A stretch of 64,000 bases of DNA, from positions 655-64,654 of the forward strand of contig JAWOCK010000098.1 in assembly GCA_046483845.1 (NCBI GenBank). Direction: 5' to 3'. Of the stretch, positions 7,804-16,701 are shown in pieces. The stretch comes from Thermoplasmatota archaeon (GTDB lineage: Archaea > Thermoplasmatota > Penumbrarchaeia > Penumbrarchaeales > Penumbrarchaeaceae). The translations under genes were made by a program, and so were the position numbers. Every line of letters begins with the position of its first letter. The stretch's first letter is position 1. The notes beneath the pieces are model-generated. The model had not been told where the DNA came from. It was given only the letters and a program-made list of their open reading frames with translations, and made no database searches.

Positions 7804-10538
7804 ATGCTGAAGAAACCGCCGATGTACCTGTATCCCCAGAAGGCATACCAGATAATGAACGACCCGGCGAATACCAGCAGCAGTCCCGATATCCTCTTTA
7901 CCTTGTCGGTGGAGGAGATGAACCTCTCCATCACCCTGCTCCCTGAGGCTGCAAGATATGAAAAGATGATCATCATTGTGGCTATTGCAAAGGTATAGGC
8001 CATGAACACGATGATACCCCCCAACCAACCCATTGCGGTGGAGGAACCGAGTATTATCACAGCGATGAAGGCCGGGGCCATACAGCTTGATGCGGCAGCC
8101 CCGTAACCGAACCCGTATGCGAAGAGCCCTCCGGACCCGGAGGGATCCGGCTCCCTGTTACCCCGGACCATCATGATCAGATATGTGAAAGGTCTCTTTA
8201 TCAGGTCAATGAACTTCTCCAGGAACTGGTCCTTACCGATCAGGGTTACCACACCCAACAACAGCAGTATGGCCCCTATCACAGGCATCAGCGTGATCAG
8301 CCAGGACTTCACCACCGCTCCCAGTATGGCCACCAGAACGGCTATGATAAGAAAGAATGCGATGATCCCCAGGGCCGCGAACACGCCTCCCCTGATCGGG
8401 TTCACCTTCCTGCGTTCTCCGGCCTGGCTCGATATGTAATATGACAGGTATCCGGGCAGCATCGGGAACGAACACGGTGAGAAGAAGGTAAGCACCCCGA
8501 AGGTCACTGCCGAGAGGGTGATGACTATCAAACCACTCTTTTGCGCGATACCTGAGATCCCGTAGGTTCCTTCATGCGCCTCGGTGATGGCAGTCCTGAC
8601 CTCGTCCTTATCTATGTATCCCGTATGCTGATATGCGATATCCCCGTTGGGAGCAACGATCACCATCTTCGGGGTCTCCAAGGCGTCGAACTTCTCTATG
8701 AAGGAAGTGTCCCGTCCTATGGACCACTCGGCCCCGTATTCGTTCTGGAAATCCCCCATCATATCCATGCTGTCATCTTTGTCCACTGAGACCGATAGGA
8801 ATTCCACCTCGCTCCCGTAGGTGTCCTTGGCCCATTGGTAAACCTCCACCACATCGGGCATTTCCTTTTCGCAGACCGAACAGGTGGTGTACATTATATC
8901 TATAACCAGGACTCTATCCTGATAATCCGCCGGTGTGTGAATGCTGCCTTTGGTGTCCGTCACCGAGAAATCGGGGACAGTTGTAACCTCCTTGCTCAAT
9001 AGGCTGGAGCCTCCGATGAAGGACACTATTAGGCCGATCATGATGACCATTGCCATGGTCCCCTTGGAGGAGAAGAACCGGAAGATGCCCCCCTCCCTTC
9101 TCTTCGAGATGAAATAGGCCAGAGGTCCCAATAGAATGATCAGAATTCCCATGATAATGATGGCGCCCCCTCCGGAAAGGTCCATGGAGGAAGAGTCCCC
9201 CGACCTCGAGTCGGACCCGTCTGCAAGATGGAACACCGGGGAACTTGACTGGGCAAGCTCGTCATCGTTGGCCAACACCTGGACGAAGAGCGGGCCCCCT
9301 TCATATCCTTCGATTACCGCCGTCCCCACGGGATCGGAATAAGCATAACACGTCCCGGTATCGTCGCATAGTTCTTCTCCTTGGAGTTCCAGCTTCACTG
9401 GTGTCCATTGAGTTGAATTCTCCGCTTTGGTGTTGTAGAACAGGGTGGAGCTTGCAATTCCACCCTCATCCTCGAAGGTAACGGTCACGATGTCTTCGGA
9501 CACTCGTGCATCGGTGACCCTCGGCGGCTGGTTATCCCTGTCGTAGGCAGTGGAATCCGAGGTGGCCGACTGGAGGGCCCTCGGTGTACCGGCCCTGGTA
9601 TTGCCGTCCGAGGCGCTTGCGACCGAATCTGTGTCCTGGGTATCGAACACCGCCGCCACGGCATACATGTTCTGAGGTCTGACGGGGACACCATCTTCGG
9701 GATTTATTTCGGGTATGGGGAAATCTCCCGAGAACTGGTAGGTCTCACCGTTCCTGAGCGTGAACCTCTCATCCTCCACAGCATATCCCCTGAAAACGGC
9801 GTCGTTCTCTACATATTGGTCATAGACAAGAGAATAGGCTTCCGCTCCGTCCTCGACCATGAAAACATAAAGTGATCCCTGAAGGGCGGGATTTGTCACC
9901 AGCTTTGCATTTCCGTCGTAGGTGACGCTTCCCACGACAGTGAACTCACCATCATCGTATACCTGGTCGATCTCCAGCCATAGATACGGGAAGCTCCACG
10001 TTAATCTCTCCATCGGTCTGTATGGTCTATTATTGTACCTCTGCTTGGACTCCTCTATGGCAAGCTGTATGTTGGACCTGTCGATGTCCCTTGTGGAGGT
10101 GGAGGCGCCACCGAGTTCGAAATAGCCTCCATCGAATTCCAGGTCCGGGGTGCCTGCAAGTCCAGGCTGGTAATGTTCCATCCTCTCCTCTGACTCCTCG
10201 GTCCTCAATGCGTCCACATTGCCCCCGTTGAGCTCGTGGAAGATCACAGTAGTGTGTGGGACGGACCCGTCATCCTTTGCCTCAAGATAAGTATCGTGGA
10301 CCGCTTTTTCCGGGCTGTCCGACGTGGGGCTGTCACCCATGCACGACGGGCAGGACAGGCCTGTGAAGAACTCCAGAAGAGGCCTATGTATCCATCCGGA
10401 CGGGGGCTGTGCCGCCATGCCATCGCCGGACCCTATCTGTGCCTCAGATGATCCTGTCTGGACCAGAGGCCCCAAGGAAATGAGGCCTGCTAGTACCAAC
10501 ATGATGACAATATACAGATCGAACTTCATGGCTGACAC
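7800..10538 (-). CDS. Fusion protein: exported CxxC thioredoxin-like N-domain plus large beta-rich domain, two TM helices, TlpA/ResA-like periplasmic thioredoxin domain, and a CcdA/DsbD-family transmembrane thiol-disulfide electron-transfer domain
   Basis: Signal peptide, then LLEFFTGLSCPSCMGD (CxxC). TlpA-like block DFSVTDTKGSIHTPADYQDRVLVIDIMYTTCSVCEKEMPDV…TPKMVIVAPNGDIAY. C-terminal polytopic domain carries the two CcdA/DsbD signature cysteines (TFGVLTFFSPCSFPMLPGY and GFGYGAAASSCMAPAF). Overlaps the preceding gene by 4 nt, tail to tail. Confidence 0.75.
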   Translation of the reverse strand: MSAMKFDLYIVIMLVLAGLISLGPLVQTGSSEAQIGSGDGMAAQPPSGWIHRPLLEFFTGLSCPSCMGDSPTSDSPEKAVHDTYLEAKDDGSVPHTTVIFHELNGGNVDALRTEESEERMEHYQPGLAGTPDLEFDGGYFELGGASTSTRDIDRSNIQLAIEESKQRYNNRPYRPMERLTWSFPYLWLEIDQVYDDGEFTVVGSVTYDGNAKLVTNPALQGSLYVFMVEDGAEAYSLVYDQYVENDAVFRGYAVEDERFTLRNGETYQFSGDFPIPEINPEDGVPVRPQNMYAVAAVFDTQDTDSVASASDGNTRAGTPRALQSATSDSTAYDRDNQPPRVTDARVSEDIVTVTFEDEGGIASSTLFYNTKAENSTQWTPVKLELQGEELCDDTGTCYAYSDPVGTAVIEGYEGGPLFVQVLANDDELAQSSSPVFHLADGSDSRSGDSSSMDLSGGGAIIIMGILIILLGPLAYFISKRREGGIFRFFSSKGTMAMVIMIGLIVSFIGGSSLLSKEVTTVPDFSVTDTKGSIHTPADYQDRVLVIDIMYTTCSVCEKEMPDVVEVYQWAKDTYGSEVEFLSVSVDKDDSMDMMGDFQNEYGAEWSIGRDTSFIEKFDALETPKMVIVAPNGDIAYQHTGYIDKDEVRTAITEAHEGTYGISGIAQKSGLIVITLSAVTFGVLTFFSPCSFPMLPGYLSYYISSQAGERRKVNPIRGGVFAALGIIAFFLIIAVLVAILGAVVKSWLITLMPVIGAILLLLGVVTLIGKDQFLEKFIDLIKRPFTYLIMMVRGNREPDPSGSGGLFAYGFGYGAAASSCMAPAFIAVIILGSSTAMGWLGGIIVFMAYTFAIATMMIIFSYLAASGSRVMERFISSTDKVKRISGLLLVFAGSFIIWYAFWGYRYIGGFFSI

Positions 10539-10658
10539 CCGGAGTTCAGAATACCTCCTCTACTGTCCGAAAACCTATGGTTATTTACTCTTTACCGCGA
10601 ATATGGTAAAACTCCACTGCCCATCACGTTTTAATAATCGACGATTGATGGACCCGCA

Positions 10659-11726
10659 ATGGAGCTCGATCTCTTCGATTACGATCTGCCCCGCGAGATG
10701 ATAGCGCAGTCCAAATCGGACCCGAGGGATTCCTCCAGGTTGTTCTATATGGATGCCAGAGGTGAAAGGACCATACACCGGCATCATGTGTTCAGGGATA
10801 TCGTGGGACTTCTGGACAAGGGAGATATACTGGTCCTGAACAGATCGAGGGTGATCCCCGCCAGGATACCGGTGAGGAAAGTGACAGGCGGCAGGGCCGA
10901 GGTACTGCTCCTGAAAGGATCGGATGACGGGTCCTGGGAAGCATTGGTTAGGGGAAGGAACATAAAGAAAGATGAGCGGCTGCTCTGCGATGATGAGGAT
11001 CTTGAGATATTGATGAAGGAAAGGATGCATGAAGGAAGGTGCAGGATAGCGTTCCGGCGAAGGAATGGTCCGATGGACCATTCAGCGGCCATGGAATGGC
11101 TTCGTCGGTGGGGGCTCATGCCTACACCCCCGTACATCAAAAGGATACTGGACGATCCCGAGGAGTACCAGACCGTCTACGGGGACATGGAAGGTTCCGT
11201 GGCCGCTCCCACGGCAGGACTGCATTTCACAGAAGGCCTTCTGGAAAGACTGAGGGAAAAAGGTGTCAGGATCGTCCACATCATCCTCCACGTAGGACCC
11301 GGGACCTTCGCACCGGTGAGGTCCAAAGATATCAATGACCATATCATGGAAGAAGAAGAGTTCCTGATCCCCGAGAGCGTCAAGGATACGGTCAGGGATG
11401 CTGTCGAACAAAGGGATAGTAACGGGGCTAACAGGATATGGGCCGTGGGGACCACGACGATGAGGTCGCTGGAGTCAGCATTCGATGAGCAGGGTGAATG
11501 CATCCGGGAAAAAGGGAAGACCGACCTTTTCATCACCCCCGGATACCAGTTCAAGCTCCCCTACAAGGGTTTCATAACCAACTTCCACCTGCCAAGGTCA
11601 ACCCCCCTCATGCTGGTCTCGGCGTTCCACGACCGCGAGAGCATACTGGCGGCATACCATGAAGCGATGAGGATGGGTTATCGGTTCTATTCGCTTGGTG
11701 ACTCCATGATGATAAGGAGAGGTTGA
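10659..11726 (+). CDS. queA: S-adenosylmethionine:tRNA ribosyltransferase-isomerase (queuosine biosynthesis)
   Basis: Matches bacterial QueA blocks along the full length: LPREMIAQ…RDSSRL, VLNRSRVIPARI, YQTVY…SVAAPTAGLHFT, HVGPGTF, AVGTTTMRSLES, ITNFHLPRSTPLMLVSAF, YRFYSLGDSM. Confidence 0.9.
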   Translation: MELDLFDYDLPREMIAQSKSDPRDSSRLFYMDARGERTIHRHHVFRDIVGLLDKGDILVLNRSRVIPARIPVRKVTGGRAEVLLLKGSDDGSWEALVRGRNIKKDERLLCDDEDLEILMKERMHEGRCRIAFRRRNGPMDHSAAMEWLRRWGLMPTPPYIKRILDDPEEYQTVYGDMEGSVAAPTAGLHFTEGLLERLREKGVRIVHIILHVGPGTFAPVRSKDINDHIMEEEEFLIPESVKDTVRDAVEQRDSNGANRIWAVGTTTMRSLESAFDEQGECIREKGKTDLFITPGYQFKLPYKGFITNFHLPRSTPLMLVSAFHDRESILAAYHEAMRMGYRFYSLGDSMMIRRG

Positions 11727-11727
11727 A

Positions 11728-12876
11728 TTGGCACATTTCCATCTTGAGCTGGGAGAGAGAATGGGACCAAGGGCGGGTAAGCTCGAGCTTCCCTCCGGGT
11801 GCAAGGTCGAGACGCCGCTCTTCATGCCGGTGGCGACCAAGCTCTCGGTCAAGACACTGGAGCCCGAAGAGGTGAAGCGCACCGGAACGACCACCTTGAT
11901 AACCAACGGTTTCCTTACCTCTCTCGAACCGGGGAGCAGCGAGGTGAGGTCCATGGGCGGACTGCACAGGATGATGGGGTGGAGCGGGGGGATCTTCTCC
12001 GACTCCGGTGGTTTCCAGTTCATCAGGAGGGGCTTCGATGCAAAGGTGGAGGATAAAGGGGTTCGTCTCCGCTCACCCTACTCCGGAGCCCCCGTATGCT
12101 TGACCCCTGAAAGTGTGGTGGACATGCATGTAATGCATGGTGTAGATGTAGGCATGGTACTGGACCACTGCCCCCCATACTCCTCCACCGAAGAGGGTAT
12201 CCTCGATTCCGCCCGCAGGACAGTCCACTGGGCCAGAAGGTCCAGGGACCACATGGAGGGCGAAGAGCTCAGGGAGCTTTTACCGGACTGCGTTTCGGAG
12301 CTGCCGTTACTCTATGCCATAACCCAGGGGGGTACTTTCCTTGATATCAGAAGAAAGAACACGGAAAAGCTTGTGGAGCTGGACCTCCCTGGTTACGGAA
12401 TAGGGGGGCTCTCCATAGGGGAAGGAAAGAAGGAAATGTTCAATGCCCTGGAGGCATCCACTTCCTATCTTCCGGCGGATAGACCCAGATATTTCATGGG
12501 GATGGGGGAGCCGACCGACCTTATAAGGTCGGTCCTGGCGGGTGTTGATCTATTCGATTCCGTGTTCCCCACCCGCAACGCCAGGCACAGGTCCGTTTTC
12601 GTAGGCAGCGGGAAGGAGAACATCAGGGCCTCCGGGTGGAAGGGGAACCATGGGCCGATAATGGAGGGGTGCGGATGCCACACCTGCAATAACTTCTCCA
12701 GGGCCTTCGTTCATCATCTCTTCAAGACCATGGAACCCCTGGGACCGAAACTAGCCACGGTCCACAACGTCCACTATATGCAGGACATGATGAAAGGGAT
12801 CAGGACCTTGATCCAGGAAGAAGATATGGAGGGCTCTCCGGATGATATATTGTCCAGGATATTCCAGGTGCGTTGA
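11728..12876 (+). CDS. tgt: Queuine/preQ1 tRNA-ribosyltransferase, bacterial-size (382 aa, no PUA domain)
   Basis: TGT blocks ETPLFMPVATK, DSGGFQF and the Zn site CGCHTCNNFSRAFVHHL. Starts 1 nt after the queA stop (apparent TTG start), so operonic. Confidence 0.85.
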   Translation: MAHFHLELGERMGPRAGKLELPSGCKVETPLFMPVATKLSVKTLEPEEVKRTGTTTLITNGFLTSLEPGSSEVRSMGGLHRMMGWSGGIFSDSGGFQFIRRGFDAKVEDKGVRLRSPYSGAPVCLTPESVVDMHVMHGVDVGMVLDHCPPYSSTEEGILDSARRTVHWARRSRDHMEGEELRELLPDCVSELPLLYAITQGGTFLDIRRKNTEKLVELDLPGYGIGGLSIGEGKKEMFNALEASTSYLPADRPRYFMGMGEPTDLIRSVLAGVDLFDSVFPTRNARHRSVFVGSGKENIRASGWKGNHGPIMEGCGCHTCNNFSRAFVHHLFKTMEPLGPKLATVHNVHYMQDMMKGIRTLIQEEDMEGSPDDILSRIFQVR

Positions 12877-12967
12877 ACCGCATTTGAAAGTGGGAACAAT
12901 ACACCTATGGTTGAATGAGAGTTCGACAAAAAGGGTATTTATCCCGTTCTTTTGCTCTATTTGACGA

Positions 12968-12986
12968 AAAATGTTTATATATCATC
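12968..12986 (+). promoter_or_regulatory. Putative archaeal BRE/TATA promoter for the downstream surface-protein gene
   Basis: cgaaaaaTGTTTATATAtc, an A-rich BRE-like stretch followed by a TTTATATA TATA box about 80 nt upstream of the ATG at 13064. Coordinates approximate. Confidence 0.4.
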
Positions 12987-13063
12987 TAATTTCATCTGCA
13001 GTTTGGGGTTACATGGTCAGTATGTATCTGTAATCCGAGCAAATAGCACAAAGAGGTGTTCAA

Positions 13064-15661
13064 ATGATGGGAAGGAAAAAGATGATTGGTAGTATGGCAT
13101 CATCGTTCATTGCGCTGATGCTGACTATGTCTGCTGTATTGCTGCTGTTTCCGATACCGGATGCGGTAGCTCAAACCGGAGAATACGATGATCCGATAAT
13201 TGACCTGAATATGGTAAATAACATGGAGGTAAGACCAGCTCATGCTTTCAATACCTCTTCGCAAAATATAATAATCAGCTGGGAATGGCCGGAGATGTGG
13301 GCAATGAACACTGGACCTTACGAGGTTACCATCGAGATGTATGATAGCGAATCGATGTTGCCTATTCGCTGGCCGATATTCCATTGGCATGTCGAATCCG
13401 GAACCCCCGCACCAGAATCATATGAATGGGAATTGAACAATTCGCTTCAGCCATCGGACAGCTATGTTTTCAACCTTACATCTATGGCCAACAACAGCGA
13501 TACTGGTACTTATTATATGGACTGGGACGAGGCTCCTTTCGAGATAATGGATGGAACACCAATGATAGAGGATATTAGCGCCGATCCACTTGTTGTGGAC
13601 AACAGCGGAACGGGCGTAATCAATATCACATTCTCGTTCAACAGACATTTCGACCATTTGGACAGAGGGAATTTCACAATGGGGCTGTTCAACTACAATA
13701 CGATGGAATGGATAGAATTGGATGTAGATGAGCCTTCGCCGGAAAACATATCCTCCGGTCCTTACTCATCAACAGCCTGGACCCACGTAACTATTCCCTT
13801 TGACACTCCTACCGGAGAATATTATCTCCATCTCAATGCAGTGGATGTATGGGAATACGGGGAAACGTGGAATGAAAGCATATTCAGGGTCATCTGGAGA
13901 GAGGTCCCACCTGTGATGGTTAATGATACCATACATATGAACGAGGATGAATTCGCATTGGTGGACCTCAACGATCATTTCACGGATCCAAACGGACAGG
14001 ATCTGACATATTACATCAATATGTCCGCCGTTGAAAATATAACCATAGTCTGGGTGAATAATCATACCATCAATATCACAGCTCCAATGGATTGGAACGG
14101 CGAACAGGACTTTGGGATCGCCGTTACGGATGGGATCGATCTGCCGGGCCACAATGCGACCTTCACCATGAACGTTATCGTCCATCCCATGCCTGACGAT
14201 CTGCGCCCCACCGAGGATCGGATCGTTATGATCAACGAGGTATTGATGGAAACATACTTCGATCCTTTGGAATTCTTCTACCATCCCGACGGACCCGTGA
14301 ACCTCACTGTATCCATCGGATACGAGGAGGTCGTCGTGAACGATACCTCCAACGAGACCGAGAAACAGCCTATCTGGCACTTCGAGGAAGGGAATATCTC
14401 GGTCGAGATGAACGAGACCCAGCAGAACATGTCCAAGGCCATGCTCCTTCAGGATTTCGAGGAGGGAAGCTGGGAGTTCCCAATAGCAGCCTGGATAGAC
14501 GGCGAATGGGTGATGAACGGGACCGCATTTGTTGAGGTGGACCCCGTCAACGACGTACCCATGCTGGCCGTGGAGGGCATTACCTTCTACTATGATGAGA
14601 TCTTCACTGCCAACCTGGCCGATCTCTTCTACGATCCGGATTCCACCAATCTCAGCTTCATTGTGGACACCACCGCCGAGAACCTGGTGATAGATTACAA
14701 CGAGACCACTCACGATATCGCCATATCCGTTGAGAACAACTGGACCGGAAACTCCGAGTTCGAGGTCAACGTCTCGGACGGCGAGGACTACAACGTGGTC
14801 ATGATACCAGTCGAGGTCCAGATGCACACCTACACCCTCAGTGGTGTAGTGGATTACGAGGATAACGAGACACACGGACTGGAAGGCGTCTTCGTGACCC
14901 TCATGGTCGGTGAGACAGAGGTGCCCGTTGACAACGTCACCGGCGAATATTCCGTGGAACTCGTGGAAGGCGAATACTCCGTATCCATAACCCTCGGAAC
15001 CGATATGATCTATGATGAAGAGGCGGGACAGAGCGGATACATTGCACCCGAACTGGACAATATGACCATGGATATGGATAAGACCCTCGATATTTCCATC
15101 GAGTGGATGGAATATACGGAGAGCGCAGAAGAAGCTACCTGGGAGGACATCGATTTCGATAGTGCTGTCAAGGAGGAAGAGGATGACACCTTGACCTTCG
15201 CAATCCCGGTTAAGAACGAAAGCAGGACCGGCTACGGTGACCTGAAGGTCTATCTCATCATATACGATGATGAAGAAGAGTGGGAGTTCAACTTCACCTG
15301 GATAGAGAGCGACATGGAATATACCCTGGAGATCTCCGAGGATCAGATGGATGATCTTCCCGAGGGGAAGCTCAAATACAAGTACTCCGACAAGGCAGGT
15401 AACGAGACCTCCGAGATGGAATATACCTTCAGGGACGAGAAGCAGGACGCTTCACTGGTGACGGTCATCGTATTGATCGTCCTCATCATACTGGTCCTCA
15501 TCGCCCTGGTCTTCATCATGAGGAAGCCCTCGGAGGAGTTCGACGAGGAAGAAGAAGAGGAAGAAGAAGGGGAGCGCGTCTGCCCGTCCTGCGGTGAGAC
15601 CATCGCCGATGAGGAAGCAGTGGAGTGCCCCTATTGCGGCGAGTCCCTGGAAGAAGAGTGA
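13064..15661 (+). CDS. Large acidic exported surface (glyco)protein with cadherin/Ig-like repeats, C-terminal TM, poly-Glu linker and a cytoplasmic C-terminal zinc ribbon
   Basis: Signal peptide (IGSMASSFIALMLTMSAVLLLFPIP). Very high D/E content with numerous N-x-S/T sequons and repeat-like blocks (…VDLNDHFTDPNGQDLTYY…, …LADLFYDPDSTNLSF…). TM (LVTVIVLIVLIILVLIALVFIM), then EEEEEEEEG and CPSCGETIADEEAVECPYCGE. Confidence 0.7.
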   Translation: MMGRKKMIGSMASSFIALMLTMSAVLLLFPIPDAVAQTGEYDDPIIDLNMVNNMEVRPAHAFNTSSQNIIISWEWPEMWAMNTGPYEVTIEMYDSESMLPIRWPIFHWHVESGTPAPESYEWELNNSLQPSDSYVFNLTSMANNSDTGTYYMDWDEAPFEIMDGTPMIEDISADPLVVDNSGTGVINITFSFNRHFDHLDRGNFTMGLFNYNTMEWIELDVDEPSPENISSGPYSSTAWTHVTIPFDTPTGEYYLHLNAVDVWEYGETWNESIFRVIWREVPPVMVNDTIHMNEDEFALVDLNDHFTDPNGQDLTYYINMSAVENITIVWVNNHTINITAPMDWNGEQDFGIAVTDGIDLPGHNATFTMNVIVHPMPDDLRPTEDRIVMINEVLMETYFDPLEFFYHPDGPVNLTVSIGYEEVVVNDTSNETEKQPIWHFEEGNISVEMNETQQNMSKAMLLQDFEEGSWEFPIAAWIDGEWVMNGTAFVEVDPVNDVPMLAVEGITFYYDEIFTANLADLFYDPDSTNLSFIVDTTAENLVIDYNETTHDIAISVENNWTGNSEFEVNVSDGEDYNVVMIPVEVQMHTYTLSGVVDYEDNETHGLEGVFVTLMVGETEVPVDNVTGEYSVELVEGEYSVSITLGTDMIYDEEAGQSGYIAPELDNMTMDMDKTLDISIEWMEYTESAEEATWEDIDFDSAVKEEEDDTLTFAIPVKNESRTGYGDLKVYLIIYDDEEEWEFNFTWIESDMEYTLEISEDQMDDLPEGKLKYKYSDKAGNETSEMEYTFRDEKQDASLVTVIVLIVLIILVLIALVFIMRKPSEEFDEEEEEEEEGERVCPSCGETIADEEAVECPYCGESLEEE

Positions 15662-15685
15662 TAACTCAGCATCCGGTGGAACAAC

Positions 15686-15720
15686 GGGGGCCCCTTGCGG
15701 GGCTCCCTTTTTTTTATTTT
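15686..15720 (+). terminator. Stem-loop plus oligo-T terminator after the 13064-15661 gene
   Basis: GGGGGCCCCttgcGGGGCTCCC hairpin immediately followed by TTTTTTTTATTTT, about 25 nt after the stop. Coordinates approximate. Confidence 0.5.
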
Positions 15721-15807
15721 GTACATGGGATACACATTAGGTCAAAGTAAACGGATGCACCAGGTATCCCTACCGACCGGTTCAGAATATAGGGCATCTT
15801 CCACTGT

Positions 15808-16701
15808 TCAAAAGAGACGATCTGACATCTCAACAGCTTTAACCAGGTCCAGGGCCCTTTTCGTCTCCTTCACATCATGGACCCGGATCACGGATGCACC
15901 GTTCAGATAAGCCAATACTGCAGCGGCGATGGAACCCTCCAGCCTCTGGTCCACATCCAGGTCCAGAACCTTTCCTATGAAGCTCTTCCTTGAAGCACCC
16001 ACAAGTATGGGGCACCCTATATCGAGAAAGCTCTCAAGGTCCCTCAATATCACCAGATTATCAGCGACCCTCTTTCCGAAACCGATCCCGGGGTCGATCA
16101 TCAATCTCTCCCTCTCCAGGCCGTTCTCCTCCAAGGTCTCAACTCTCTCTGTAAGGAACGAACGGATATCGGAGAGCACATCATCATAGGACGGCGCCAC
16201 CTGCATGTCCTTCGGGGTCCCCTTCATGTGCATGATACAGGCGGATGCCCGGTACTCCGCAACCAGCTCGGCCATGCCTTCACCGCGTAGAGCGTTGACA
16301 TCGTTCACAATGGAGGCTCCCCGGCTCAGAGCTTCCCGGGCAACCTCAGCATGCCTGGTGTCGATGGAGATCGGGATATCGATCCCACCCACCAGCCGCT
16401 CGACAACGGGTACGGTCCTTCTCATTTCCTCTTCCAGCGGGACCGGATCGGCGAAGGGGCGGGTGGATTCCCCACCCACATCGATGATATCGGCACCCTC
16501 GGCCGCCATCTCCATCGCCCGATGGACTGCCTCGTCAGCGGATCCGTAGGACCCTCCGTCGGAAAAGGAGTCCGGGGTATTGTTCAAGACACCCATGATG
16601 ATCGGGGGCTCCAGCTCCTTGAAGTGCTTCTCAACGGGGTGGAAACCTGTTCTTTCAAGAGGAGCCGTCGCTATCTCCATTTTCCTTCTTCTTATCATCA
16701 C
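15808..16701 (-). CDS. folP: Dihydropteroate synthase
   Basis: IMGVLNNTPDSFSDGG, DIIDVGGESTRP and the pterin-binding TIM-barrel blocks. Its 5' end overlaps the 3' end of the upstream topoisomerase gene on the same strand. Confidence 0.9.
   Translation of the reverse strand: MMIRRRKMEIATAPLERTGFHPVEKHFKELEPPIIMGVLNNTPDSFSDGGSYGSADEAVHRAMEMAAEGADIIDVGGESTRPFADPVPLEEEMRRTVPVVERLVGGIDIPISIDTRHAEVAREALSRGASIVNDVNALRGEGMAELVAEYRASACIMHMKGTPKDMQVAPSYDDVLSDIRSFLTERVETLEENGLERERLMIDPGIGFGKRVADNLVILRDLESFLDIGCPILVGASRKSFIGKVLDLDVDQRLEGSIAAAVLAYLNGASVIRVHDVKETKRALDLVKAVEMSDRLF

Noticed and set aside
5188-8028. Several 150-210-aa ORFs (5188-5670, 5799-6422, 6139-6621, 7035-7487, 7432-8028) overlapping the 4741-7803 gene on the opposite strand
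   Set aside because: All are antisense or alternate-frame shadows of the long repeat-containing CDS. They lack start context and recognisable features.
13769-14875. 368-aa ORF on the minus strand entirely inside the 13064-15661 surface-protein gene
   Set aside because: It is antisense to a gene with strong, domain-like coding signal (signal peptide, repeats, TM, zinc ribbon). Its translation is low complexity (V/H/G-rich) with no motif, so it is a shadow ORF.
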